From positions 879 through 64,878 of the forward strand of contig CAXDMJ010000004.1 of the NCBI GenBank assembly GCA_963990035.1: a DNA stretch of 64,000 nt, given 5' to 3'. Positions within the stretch are counted from its first letter, which is position 1, and each line of letters begins with the position of its first letter. Source of the DNA: an uncultured Candidatus Poseidoniales archaeon. Its GTDB lineage: Archaea > Thermoplasmatota > Poseidoniia > Poseidoniales > Thalassarchaeaceae. Positions 27,952 through 36,900 of this stretch are shown here, piece by piece. A program made the translations under genes and the position numbers. The notes below the pieces were generated by a model. That model had not been told where the DNA came from. It made no database searches and was given only the letters and a program-made list of their open reading frames with translations.

Positions 27952-28932
27952 ATGGTATCTGTTGGTATAATTGGCTTAGGAGCGTATGTCCCTCCTAATG
28001 AAATGAGCAATGAAGATTGGATGAAATATGTAGATACTAGCGATGAGTGGATTACTACAAAAACTGGTATGAAAAAAAGAAGAATTGCAGAATCAGACGT
28101 ATGTACATCAGATCTTGCTGTAGAAGCATGTAAAAAAGCCTTAGAAAATGCTGATTTACGCCCTGAAGATATTGACCTAATAATTCTGGCTACTTCTTCA
28201 CCGGATGTACCTCTTTCATCAACTGCTGGAATAATTCAACATAAATTAGGATGCGTAGAATGTGCTGCTTTTGATATAAATGCAGTTTGTGCAGGTTGGG
28301 TTCATGCACTAGATATAGGTGCAAGATTCGTAGGCACTGATGGGTATCAGAATGTACTAGTAGTAGGATCAGAGATATACTCACGGATACTTAATTGGAA
28401 TGATCGAGCTACATGTGTATTATTTGGAGATGGAGCTGGAGCTGCCGTACTATCAGAAGTGGAATCAGGCAAAGGAATTCTAGGAACTTGGCTAATGTCT
28501 GATGGATCAGGATCTTCAGTAATTGAGATTCCTGCAGGAGGTGTCAGAACACCATTTAATTCAGAGGAATTTCAAGAAGGACAGCAATATTTCCATATGG
28601 ATGGAAGGGCAGTGTGGGATTTCGCTATCGAAGCATTCCCCCAAGCAGTAAATAATGCACTTTTGAAAGTAGGAAAAGATATTCAAGATATTGATTTGAT
28701 AATACCTCATCAAGCAAATATAAACATAATTCAAACAGGTATGGAAAAACTAGGCTTAGATATGGATAAAACATTTACTAATTTACATAAGTATGGTAAT
28801 ACAGCAGGGGCAAGTGTACCAATTGCTATGTTCGAGGCGATGGAAAATGGACTAATCAAGGAAGGAGATTTAGTCGTAACCGCTGCATTCGGCGGAGGAC
28901 TATCTTGGGGAGCGAATGTAATTCAATTCTAA
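27952..28932 (+). CDS. fabH: 3-oxoacyl-ACP synthase III (KAS III) homologue
   Basis: Catalytic triad context: NAVCAGW (Cys), PHQANINI (His), GNTAGASVP (Asn). 326 aa. Confidence 0.8.
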   Translation: MVSVGIIGLGAYVPPNEMSNEDWMKYVDTSDEWITTKTGMKKRRIAESDVCTSDLAVEACKKALENADLRPEDIDLIILATSSPDVPLSSTAGIIQHKLGCVECAAFDINAVCAGWVHALDIGARFVGTDGYQNVLVVGSEIYSRILNWNDRATCVLFGDGAGAAVLSEVESGKGILGTWLMSDGSGSSVIEIPAGGVRTPFNSEEFQEGQQYFHMDGRAVWDFAIEAFPQAVNNALLKVGKDIQDIDLIIPHQANINIIQTGMEKLGLDMDKTFTNLHKYGNTAGASVPIAMFEAMENGLIKEGDLVVTAAFGGGLSWGANVIQF

Positions 28933-31900
28933 GAAAAATTATGATATTGAATCCATCCACCAGTTGCCGCATCATGCCTAAGAATAGAACCATCTAAATT
29001 TTGGCACCAAACTTGCCCTGTTTCATCAGACCAAACTTTCTGCCCATATTCGTTGACAGGAGTCCCCTCTGGAGGAAGAATCACATCTGGTTTAGGTGGA
29101 GTAGGTAATTCACTGAGTAATGCATCGATATGTGATGTATCCCTTACTTCATCAACCTCATTATCTTCTTGAATCTCATCTTCAGATGAATCATTATTTA
29201 TCTCAGGGGTAACTGATTTCATACCTTCATGAGGATAATCTACTTCAATAACGGGTTTATTATCATCAGGAGATTCTATTTCCTCAGTTTTACCTCTTCG
29301 AAGAGTAATTACTCCTAAATAACCCAATACTACTAGTGCTATTATGCCACCTAAAGTCGCTAATACGAATTGAAGATTTGTTTGAAAGTACTTGAAGTTA
29401 GGATGAGAATCAGATTGGTCACCTTTTCCATCACCATCGGAATCCAGCCATTCAGTTATATCCTTAGGGAAAATATCTTCTGAATCAATATAACCGTCAT
29501 TATCAGAATCTGGTAACAAAGGATTTGTACCCATTTCATTTTCTTTACTATCAGACCATCCATCACCATCATCATCAGTATCTGCGTTATTCCCAATACC
29601 ATCGCCATCGGTATCAATCCATTCAGTCGCATCTAAAACATTCCAATCAACATTATCGGCGTAACCATCACCATCATCATCTGTATCTATCAGATTACAT
29701 TCAAAATCTGAATCAGTATCTAGAGGTATTGATTGTGAAATATTAGGGTCAGTTTCACATATTAATTCCATAGAATCTAACCAGCCATCGCCATCATCAT
29801 CTGTATCTATATTATCACCTAATCCATCTGAATCTGTATCAATTGATTCAGTAGAATCATTTGGAAAAGCATCATACTGATCAAGAACTAAATCACCATC
29901 ATCATCATTATCTTCTCCAATGTCTTGACAACCATCACCATCAATATCAGTAGAAGCATTACTTATCCATCCGATAAAACCGGGATTACAGTCATCGACA
30001 GAATCTAATCGGCCATCACCATCATCATCAATATCGTCAGCATCGATAATTCTATCACCATCTGAATCTAATAAACAATCATCAACTGAAGTTGCTCCTT
30101 CAATAATAGTAATATAATTAATCGGACAAGCCCAAAGGAATGAACTTCCTGGGGAATCAGTATAGAAATCAAATGGATTTAATTGCTGAAATAATTGAGC
30201 TTCATCTGAAACAAAATATCCAACATCTGCATCTAAGCATGATATTGCTCCTGGACTAGGTTGATATGTTCCAACAGAACAAGGTATCTGAGTTACAGAC
30301 ATTGTTGTATCAGTGAAATATCCCTCATCAGCAGATATACAAAATGTTTGCATTATATTTGGTTGATACATTCCTGCAGAGCATTCGACATATTCAGATT
30401 GACCAGGATTCAAAACAAAAGTCCCTTCTGGAGAATCAATACAGGACTCTGAACCCTCTGATGGCTGATAAGTTCCCTCTGAGCACATTCTTTGAGAAGA
30501 TGAACCCTCTGATTCAACAAAATGACCTGAATCCGCTAGGATACATGAATCTGAACTTGTTGAAGCAATTGAAGGATTATATGTTCCAATTAAACATGGA
30601 GTTTGTTGATTTGAAGCAATTGATGAAACATAGTACCCTTCGTCTGCTTCATAACAACCTGATTGAGCAGTTTGAGGTTGATAAGTTCCAATTTCACAAG
30701 GGTTTTGTATAAAAGACCCAATGATATGAACGAAGTATCCTGAATCTGCGTAAATACACGTAGCTTGTCCAGTATTTGGTTGATAAGTACCTAATTGACA
30801 TATTAATTGAGATGGAGAAGCAAGAACATCAACATAATGTCCTTCATCGGCATCTAAACAATCAAGATTGCTTGATGAACTAGAATTTGGATTATAAGTT
30901 CCAAAATCACAAGGGAAAGCAGAAGGTGAACCAAGAACATCAACAAAGTATCCTGGTTCGGCATCTAAGCAACTTGAACTAGATGGAGATGGTTGATATG
31001 TACCTAGAATACAAGGCACCTGAAATGAAGAACCATTAGTCGCAACAAAATGTCCTAAAGAGGCCTCAATACATCTAAATTGACCAGTATTTGGTTGATA
31101 ACTTCCTACGTCACAAGGTGTTTGAGAGATTGATTGAGGCAGAGATGAATAATTCCCTGGACTTGCGTCAATACAAGATACACGTCCGGAAAATGGTTGA
31201 TAATTACCAGGTGTACAAGGTATTTGACTTGTAGATGCTGGCATTGATACATAATTCCCAGGTGAGGAAAGGATACAAGAGATTTCAGCAGAACTCGGTT
31301 GGTATGATCCATTGGAACATGGAATTTGTTCAGGAGAACCAGCACTGGACGTATAATATCCAGGATTAGTATCAATGCAAGAGGTTTGAGCGGTCTGATT
31401 TTGATAAGTACCAGCCAAACAGGTTTGTTGACTAGTAGCTCCAGTAGAATCCACATAATGACCAAGAGATGCAGGAGTTTGTATGATAGAAGCAAAGGAA
31501 GAACTGTAGTAACCCAGAGATGTAGTCAAACAACTTGATTCGCCTGTTAAACCCTGATAAGTCCCTGGTGAACATGGAGTTTGCGTAGTTGCACCAGAAC
31601 TAGCAACAAAATAACCTTGAGATGCGCTAAAACAAGAGGAACTAACTTCATTAGGCTGATAACTACCAATCGAACATAATTCCTGATTCACCGATATTTC
31701 TGCATCGATACTATTCAATAAATCACCTAATAATAATGAATCAACAATATTGAAATAACTGAGATTCATATAATATAGGCCGGTAGAATTGACTCTTTCA
31801 ACAACAATATAGATGTTACGAGCAAATGAACTAGATGATGAATTTGTATTAACTGACTCGTTAGACCCTGAATTATTACTGTAATCGATAATACTCATAG

Positions 31901-33737
31901 ATGAATCATATAACGAAATATCAATTTCGGCAGATAATGATTCAACTTCTATAGATACACCATATGATTTATCGACATTAATTTTATAATAGTCATAAGT
32001 ATCAGATTGAGAACTAATACGAGCAGTATAACTTGCACTTGTAGAACTAAGGTTATTCGAATTAGTATTTGAATCTCCTGCATCACCACTTATACTTGAA
32101 ACAAAATTACCTGAATCAGACCTTATGCAGGAACTAGAACCAATATTGTTCTGATAATAACCTAATTGACATACTGATTGAGATGGAGAGGCGGGAGAAC
32201 TAACATAATGTCCAGAAGAGGCTTCATTGCAGTAGGATTTCCCTAATTGATGCTGATATTCACCTATTTGGCACTCTGACTGATATAATGATGAGAAAAT
32301 TGAGTAATGTCCTAGAGATGACTCATTACAACTAATTCGACCCCATGAACCAAGGTCACAGTTCATCCATCGGGCAGGATTATTTGGATAAGGATCATTT
32401 GGTGCAGGAACACCATCACCATCATCATCTCCTATCATATGAACATCTAATATATTGAATATACCATCACCATCCATATCTTGATCTGAAAAAGAAATAT
32501 CTATACCTTCAGTGAAATTCATTAATAGAGGTGAATTAATTGATTCCGTAGTATTATCAAATTCTCTATTTTGATTACCCCAGCAATAGACCAGATAAAT
32601 ATCAGATATCGAACAAGTTGAATCTGAACCGGAAGACACAGCAATCATATTCCCCGAGAAGTTTATTGAATTAGTATCAATATTCTGAGGGATGTTTGTA
32701 TTGGAACCTGAGCAACCACTACTAGGTATAACTGAGGAACATTCACCGTTTCCTATTTGCCCATATGTATTAAGTCCCCAACAACTGATAGAACCATTGT
32801 CTAAGATTGCACAAGTATGAGAATTAGTTCCATCAAGAGACACTGCAGATCTACCTGTAGGTAATGATAAAGAAATTGAACCATTTGTCAATACTCCGTT
32901 TGGAGATGAAATAGTATATGAATCTCCCCAACAACTAATACCACCAGTAGAAGATATTGCACACACACTAGATCCAGGAGTAGAAATTGAAACTACTCTC
33001 TCTCCAATGGAATGATTAACAATTACAGGAATATTACTATTACTTGTAGTTCCGTCGGCAAAGATTCCAAATGAATTATCGCCCCAGCAAGATACATCCC
33101 CCGTGTTGAGTAACACACAAGTAAAATCTGAACCTGCAGAGATAGATACTGCTGTTTTATTAAATCCAAGATCAACAGAAGTAGGTGAATTCAAATTCAA
33201 ATTCCCACCATTGCCCAACTGCCCTTTGTTATTCCTTCCCCAGCAAGAAACTGACCCATCATCAAGAATTGCACAAAAATGAGAATTACCCTGACTCAAT
33301 GCTGCAGGGATTTTCCCATTGAGATCAACATATCCACTAGATAATTGTTGATTACCTAAACCGAGTTGACCATAGTTATTCAAACCTGAACAATAAAGAC
33401 TATAATTTACTAAAAGAGAACATTGACCAGATATTGAGATTACTTCACCTTCGTTAAAAATAGGTGTACCGTTAACGAAAGATACCACAGTACCATTATC
33501 AAGAACCAAAGATGGAGAACCAGAATTTAGTTCAAATATTGAATCTGAAAAGACGTTAGATCTTTGAGAACCAGGGGAATTCATACCTGAAATATTCTTG
33601 CTAATTGATGAATAATCATCTTCCTCAGAAAGGTTAACCGGTTCAGAATTATCGACAAAATTAACAATTGGCACACATAAAAAGAGTAAACAAATAGTAA
33701 TTGCAAGATACTTTCGTGTCGATAGAATACCAGTCAT
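28929..33737 (-). CDS. Giant surface protein 2: RCC1-like beta-propeller, PPC-like domain, 16 Cys-rich ephrin-receptor-like (GCC2/GCC3-type) repeats, TSP3-like Ca-binding repeats, TM anchor, 123-aa cytoplasmic tail
   Basis: RCC1 blades (HFCAILDDGSVSCWGRNNKGQLGNGG, HTCAILDNGSISCWGLNTYGQIGNGE, and others). PPC-like DTYDYYKINVDKSYGVSIEV...IDISLYD. Repeats C-x2-G-x-YQP...C...G-(Y/F)-V. D-x-D-x-D-G repeats. TM FVLATLGGIIALVVLGYLGVITL. Confidence 0.75.
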   Translation of the reverse strand: MTGILSTRKYLAITICLLFLCVPIVNFVDNSEPVNLSEEDDYSSISKNISGMNSPGSQRSNVFSDSIFELNSGSPSLVLDNGTVVSFVNGTPIFNEGEVISISGQCSLLVNYSLYCSGLNNYGQLGLGNQQLSSGYVDLNGKIPAALSQGNSHFCAILDDGSVSCWGRNNKGQLGNGGNLNLNSPTSVDLGFNKTAVSISAGSDFTCVLLNTGDVSCWGDNSFGIFADGTTSNSNIPVIVNHSIGERVVSISTPGSSVCAISSTGGISCWGDSYTISSPNGVLTNGSISLSLPTGRSAVSLDGTNSHTCAILDNGSISCWGLNTYGQIGNGECSSVIPSSGCSGSNTNIPQNIDTNSINFSGNMIAVSSGSDSTCSISDIYLVYCWGNQNREFDNTTESINSPLLMNFTEGIDISFSDQDMDGDGIFNILDVHMIGDDDGDGVPAPNDPYPNNPARWMNCDLGSWGRISCNESSLGHYSIFSSLYQSECQIGEYQHQLGKSYCNEASSGHYVSSPASPSQSVCQLGYYQNNIGSSSCIRSDSGNFVSSISGDAGDSNTNSNNLSSTSASYTARISSQSDTYDYYKINVDKSYGVSIEVESLSAEIDISLYDSSMSIIDYSNNSGSNESVNTNSSSSSFARNIYIVVERVNSTGLYYMNLSYFNIVDSLLLGDLLNSIDAEISVNQELCSIGSYQPNEVSSSCFSASQGYFVASSGATTQTPCSPGTYQGLTGESSCLTTSLGYYSSSFASIIQTPASLGHYVDSTGATSQQTCLAGTYQNQTAQTSCIDTNPGYYTSSAGSPEQIPCSNGSYQPSSAEISCILSSPGNYVSMPASTSQIPCTPGNYQPFSGRVSCIDASPGNYSSLPQSISQTPCDVGSYQPNTGQFRCIEASLGHFVATNGSSFQVPCILGTYQPSPSSSSCLDAEPGYFVDVLGSPSAFPCDFGTYNPNSSSSSNLDCLDADEGHYVDVLASPSQLICQLGTYQPNTGQATCIYADSGYFVHIIGSFIQNPCEIGTYQPQTAQSGCYEADEGYYVSSIASNQQTPCLIGTYNPSIASTSSDSCILADSGHFVESEGSSSQRMCSEGTYQPSEGSESCIDSPEGTFVLNPGQSEYVECSAGMYQPNIMQTFCISADEGYFTDTTMSVTQIPCSVGTYQPSPGAISCLDADVGYFVSDEAQLFQQLNPFDFYTDSPGSSFLWACPINYITIIEGATSVDDCLLDSDGDRIIDADDIDDDGDGRLDSVDDCNPGFIGWISNASTDIDGDGCQDIGEDNDDDGDLVLDQYDAFPNDSTESIDTDSDGLGDNIDTDDDGDGWLDSMELICETDPNISQSIPLDTDSDFECNLIDTDDDGDGYADNVDWNVLDATEWIDTDGDGIGNNADTDDDGDGWSDSKENEMGTNPLLPDSDNDGYIDSEDIFPKDITEWLDSDGDGKGDQSDSHPNFKYFQTNLQFVLATLGGIIALVVLGYLGVITLRRGKTEEIESPDDNKPVIEVDYPHEGMKSVTPEINNDSSEDEIQEDNEVDEVRDTSHIDALLSELPTPPKPDVILPPEGTPVNEYGQKVWSDETGQVWCQNLDGSILRHDAATGGWIQYHNFS
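29403..30074 (-). repeat. Intragenic Asp-rich calcium-binding (thrombospondin type-3-like) repeats
   Basis: DSDGDRIIDADDIDDDGDGRLDSVDDC, DIDGDGCQD, DTDSDGLGDNIDTDDDGDGWLDS, DTDDDGDGYADNVD, DTDGDGIGNNADTDDDGDGWSDS, DSDNDGYIDSED, DSDGDGKGDQSD. Confidence 0.7.
30126..31676 (-). repeat. Intragenic tandem array of 14 Cys-rich units, period 34 aa / 102 nt. Two more units lie at about 32097-32360.
   Basis: Unit starts at residues 688, 722, 773, 807, 841, 875, 909, 943, 980, 1014, 1048, 1085, 1119 and 1153 (CSIGSYQP, CSPGTYQG, CLAGTYQN, CSNGSYQP, CTPGNYQP, CDVGSYQP, CILGTYQP and so on). Spacing is mostly exactly 34 aa. Confidence 0.8.
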
Positions 33738-33796
33738 ATATGCTTAGCGTCCATCTTGAGACTATCACTATTGCTCTAAATTGATATCTTATTGCA

Positions 33797-35602
33797 TCAG
33801 ATTGTTAATACTTTTTCAGCTAACAATGGGAGTTCAATATTAGCTATTTCAAAAGCAGATTCGACTGATTCAAAAGGAATATCAGATTTACGACTCGCTT
33901 TGGCACGAGAACTAATAATTCTCCAAGCGGCTTTTTTACCAATTCCGGGTATAGCCTCTAATTGTTGTTGAGATACAGAATTAATATCAAGTCCAGTTTC
34001 TACACCAGATATACTTCTCATTCCATGACCAGTAACTAAAATATCAGAACTATTTTCAAGTGGTATTTGATAAGGTACACCGACTAAGATAGGATAAGCA
34101 CCAATTTGTCGACCAAAAGTAATTCCAGATTTCCCATATATAGATAAATCTCTATGAATTGGATTCAAAACATGTTCAGGTCGACGAATTCGGTCACCAT
34201 GTGTTTCCCACCAAATATCATTTAAGATTAAACCAATAGGAAACATCTCTTCTAGCAAAGGTTTGTCTATTTCTTCACGAACTTTTTTCTTAAAAGAACG
34301 GAAATCAGGCTCTGAAATATCTTGAAAACCTTGACCTTCCACCTGCCTTATATTAATTCGCCTTAACCATAAACCTTCAGAACGTAAATCTTCTAATAAT
34401 CGAAGATTCATCGCATAACTGTTTTTATCCTCTCCATTTAATCCTGCTATGAAATTGAGACCAGGAAGAAGTTTTGGTAATCCCCTTTCACCCCTAACCC
34501 TACCATAATCATTTATGTGACGTATTGCAATTTTAAGTTGTTCAGAATCACAATTAAGCCAATTCATTTCATGGACTTTAGGATCTGCAGATTCTAAACC
34601 AAATGACAAAACTGCGCCGTCACTAAGAGTTTCTATCATGCACTTAGTTATTTCAGTAGATGGTTCAATATTTTCAGCAACTATCGAAGGATTGCCATTA
34701 TCTACATGTAATATTTCTAATCTTTCATCATCTCTAGCTCCATAAAGAACTTTAGAAATTGGTTCAGGATTTGGTACAGGGTATTCCAGTTCTCTAACTC
34801 CTTCTGCACGATATGTGTAGATATCTGTCGCACCCCCAATACGGATATTGCGTACTCCTGAATCTATAGCTCCAGAAATTTCTCTCAATATATCCTCTTC
34901 ACTGCGCCATAAAGGAACTCCTTTTTTGGGTTCAATACAAAATTTACATCCTCTTTTGAATCTTACACACCCCTGATATAGTTCGATTTCATAGGTTAAA
35001 GGCCCTGAACGACCATCTTCTGTCAATAAATCCGGATGATCAGTTACTGCCTTAGATATAGAACCATGATGAGCCCATAATGACCATTGTTCTTTTGTTC
35101 TTTTACTATGCTTCCAAGTCCCTGTAGATATAAAATCATTAAGAGAAGCATCAATATCATTGACTGCACAAAATAAATTGGAGCGTAAAGGAGTCCAACC
35201 AGAATAACGCCAATTTTTAATTGCCCAACCACCACATAATATTGGCTGTTCTTTCGGGAATACTGCTAGGATTTCATCTAACTCTTTCTGACTAATCGGT
35301 GTACCTCTTACATATTTCCCAGGAACAATAGAACCTGCAAGAACTATAGTACCTGATAAATTTGATAATTCTCGACGAAGGTGATCTCTATCGATTTTAT
35401 CTTTGATAAGATGCTTATACTTCAATCGCCATTGATCAATTGTCATATAGGTGTAAGGAATTCCTCGAGATTCTAATACTCCACAGATATATCTTATATG
35501 GAAACCAAGATAGTTTGGGACACCAAAGGCTGCAGGTTCATCTTCATAACCATCGATTACAAGCCACCCCTCCATATCAGTAGGGAGATTAGCATTAGCC
35601 AT
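33797..35602 (-). CDS. Fe-S/radical-SAM-like enzyme with C-terminal helix-hairpin-helix (COG1031-like)
   Basis: Cys cluster CVRFKRGCKFC (C-x6-C-x2-C, which is not the canonical CxxxCxxC). ..NFIAGLNGED.. resembles the radical-SAM GxPGE block. C-terminal HhH LEAIPGIGKKAAWRIISSR. Confidence 0.5.
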   Translation of the reverse strand: MANANLPTDMEGWLVIDGYEDEPAAFGVPNYLGFHIRYICGVLESRGIPYTYMTIDQWRLKYKHLIKDKIDRDHLRRELSNLSGTIVLAGSIVPGKYVRGTPISQKELDEILAVFPKEQPILCGGWAIKNWRYSGWTPLRSNLFCAVNDIDASLNDFISTGTWKHSKRTKEQWSLWAHHGSISKAVTDHPDLLTEDGRSGPLTYEIELYQGCVRFKRGCKFCIEPKKGVPLWRSEEDILREISGAIDSGVRNIRIGGATDIYTYRAEGVRELEYPVPNPEPISKVLYGARDDERLEILHVDNGNPSIVAENIEPSTEITKCMIETLSDGAVLSFGLESADPKVHEMNWLNCDSEQLKIAIRHINDYGRVRGERGLPKLLPGLNFIAGLNGEDKNSYAMNLRLLEDLRSEGLWLRRINIRQVEGQGFQDISEPDFRSFKKKVREEIDKPLLEEMFPIGLILNDIWWETHGDRIRRPEHVLNPIHRDLSIYGKSGITFGRQIGAYPILVGVPYQIPLENSSDILVTGHGMRSISGVETGLDINSVSQQQLEAIPGIGKKAAWRIISSRAKASRKSDIPFESVESAFEIANIELPLLAEKVLTI

Positions 35603-35613
35603 GAATAACTCGC

Positions 35614-36900
35614 TTATTTTCTATTTCGAGAACGCCTATCATTAGACCCACCACGAGATTCATTAGATTCTTGCACACTAAGTTTTCTACCATGAAATTC
35701 AGATCCATTCAATTCTTTCACTGCTTTTTGGCCATTTTTTAAACTTGAAAACTTAATGAAAGCAAAACCTCTAGATTTCCCTGTCTCACGATCTTTAGCG
35801 ATATGGACTTCTTTTAATTCCCCATAAGTAGAAAATAATTTTTCTAAATCGTCCTCATTAGCATCCCAAGATATACTGCCTACGAACAATTTAACTCCAG
35901 AGGATTCACCTGATTTAGCTCTAGCAGATTTCAGAACTTCGCGTTCAGCGGATAATTCTTCTTTACTTGCTTTACCATCGTTAACCTTGTTCATACAATC
36001 ACGACAACGTATTGGTTTCCCTGGAGTTGGTTTGAAAGGTACTTCTGTAGCAGTTGAACACATTGTACAGGTTGTTTTGTGCATCTCTCTACGTTGCCCA
36101 CCTGATCTATTACCACCTGATCTATTGCCATCTGATCTGCCACCACGCATTTTGGCAGCAGATGCAGGAATTTCATGATTAATACCTCTCCTAAAATCTG
36201 CTAAAGGTGAAAGGTAAGGCCGTGCACCATCATGACCTAACATCTTTTCAGCTTTCGGTGACCAACGTTCACCTCCACGGTTTAATGACTTAACATCAGA
36301 GCCTTCTGGAATTGTATATCCATGTCCAAAACCACTGGAAAGTGCTCGATAACCACTATAGTCGCATCTAGGACATGATACATTGAAATCGGGAACTAAA
36401 TTGCTTTTTTCTAATTCTTCCCCACATGCAGGACAAATTGCGAATAGGACTCCAAGTTCTGAATCATCACGAGTACTTGCCTTCAACATTGGTTCAAATT
36501 GAGTTATCTTTGCTCTAACTATATCTCTAGAGCGCATAGCATCGCCTGCTGAAGGTAGATATCTATCTACGAAATCTGTGACATATATGTCTGCAAATAG
36601 TTTCAATGCAGGAATACCTCTTTCTCCACCCTTTTTATCCTCAATATGAAGAATCCTAATTTCTGCAGTTTTAGCGTTAAGACGGTTGACTTGCCCTATC
36701 ACTACATCACCAATCTTTGGCATGTTAGCAGTTGAACCTCCTACCTCTACGGATATCACCCCACTATTTTCAACTAACTTACCCGAAAGTAATGCTAAAA
36801 AACCGGATTCCGTAGAAATAAGACCGTCACCAAGAGTTAATCCTTCATCAATTACAACAGATGTACCGGGTGTAACAAAGTCGCCTGCTGAAGCATTCAT
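35614..36900 (-). CDS. csl4: Exosome cap subunit Csl4 fused to a Gly/Arg-rich linker, a CxxC-x17-CxxC zinc module and an RRM domain
   Basis: Csl4-like GDFVTPG.., S1-like KIGDVVIGQVNRLNAKTAEIRIL, Zn ribbon CPAC-x16-CPRC. Then RGGRSDGNRSGGNRSGGQRR. CTMC-(17)-CRDC at 35995-36069. RRM at 35668-35895 with RNP-2 KLFVGSI and RNP-1 KSRGFAFIKF. The track ORF extends to 36948; the ATG at 36900 is preferred. Confidence 0.75.
   Translation of the reverse strand: MNASAGDFVTPGTSVVIDEGLTLGDGLISTESGFLALLSGKLVENSGVISVEVGGSTANMPKIGDVVIGQVNRLNAKTAEIRILHIEDKKGGERGIPALKLFADIYVTDFVDRYLPSAGDAMRSRDIVRAKITQFEPMLKASTRDDSELGVLFAICPACGEELEKSNLVPDFNVSCPRCDYSGYRALSSGFGHGYTIPEGSDVKSLNRGGERWSPKAEKMLGHDGARPYLSPLADFRRGINHEIPASAAKMRGGRSDGNRSGGNRSGGQRREMHKTTCTMCSTATEVPFKPTPGKPIRCRDCMNKVNDGKASKEELSAEREVLKSARAKSGESSGVKLFVGSISWDANEDDLEKLFSTYGELKEVHIAKDRETGKSRGFAFIKFSSLKNGQKAVKELNGSEFHGRKLSVQESNESRGGSNDRRSRNRK

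Noticed and set aside
29525-29746. His-rich 73-aa plus-strand ORF (..HHHHHQ..HHHHH..)
   Set aside because: It is an antisense-frame artefact of the GAT/GAC-rich Asp repeats of the giant minus-strand gene.
30126-31676. Regular ~102-nt periodicity considered as a CRISPR array or satellite
   Set aside because: The units are divergent at the DNA level and in frame. They encode a 34-aa Cys-rich protein repeat. There is no repeat-spacer structure.
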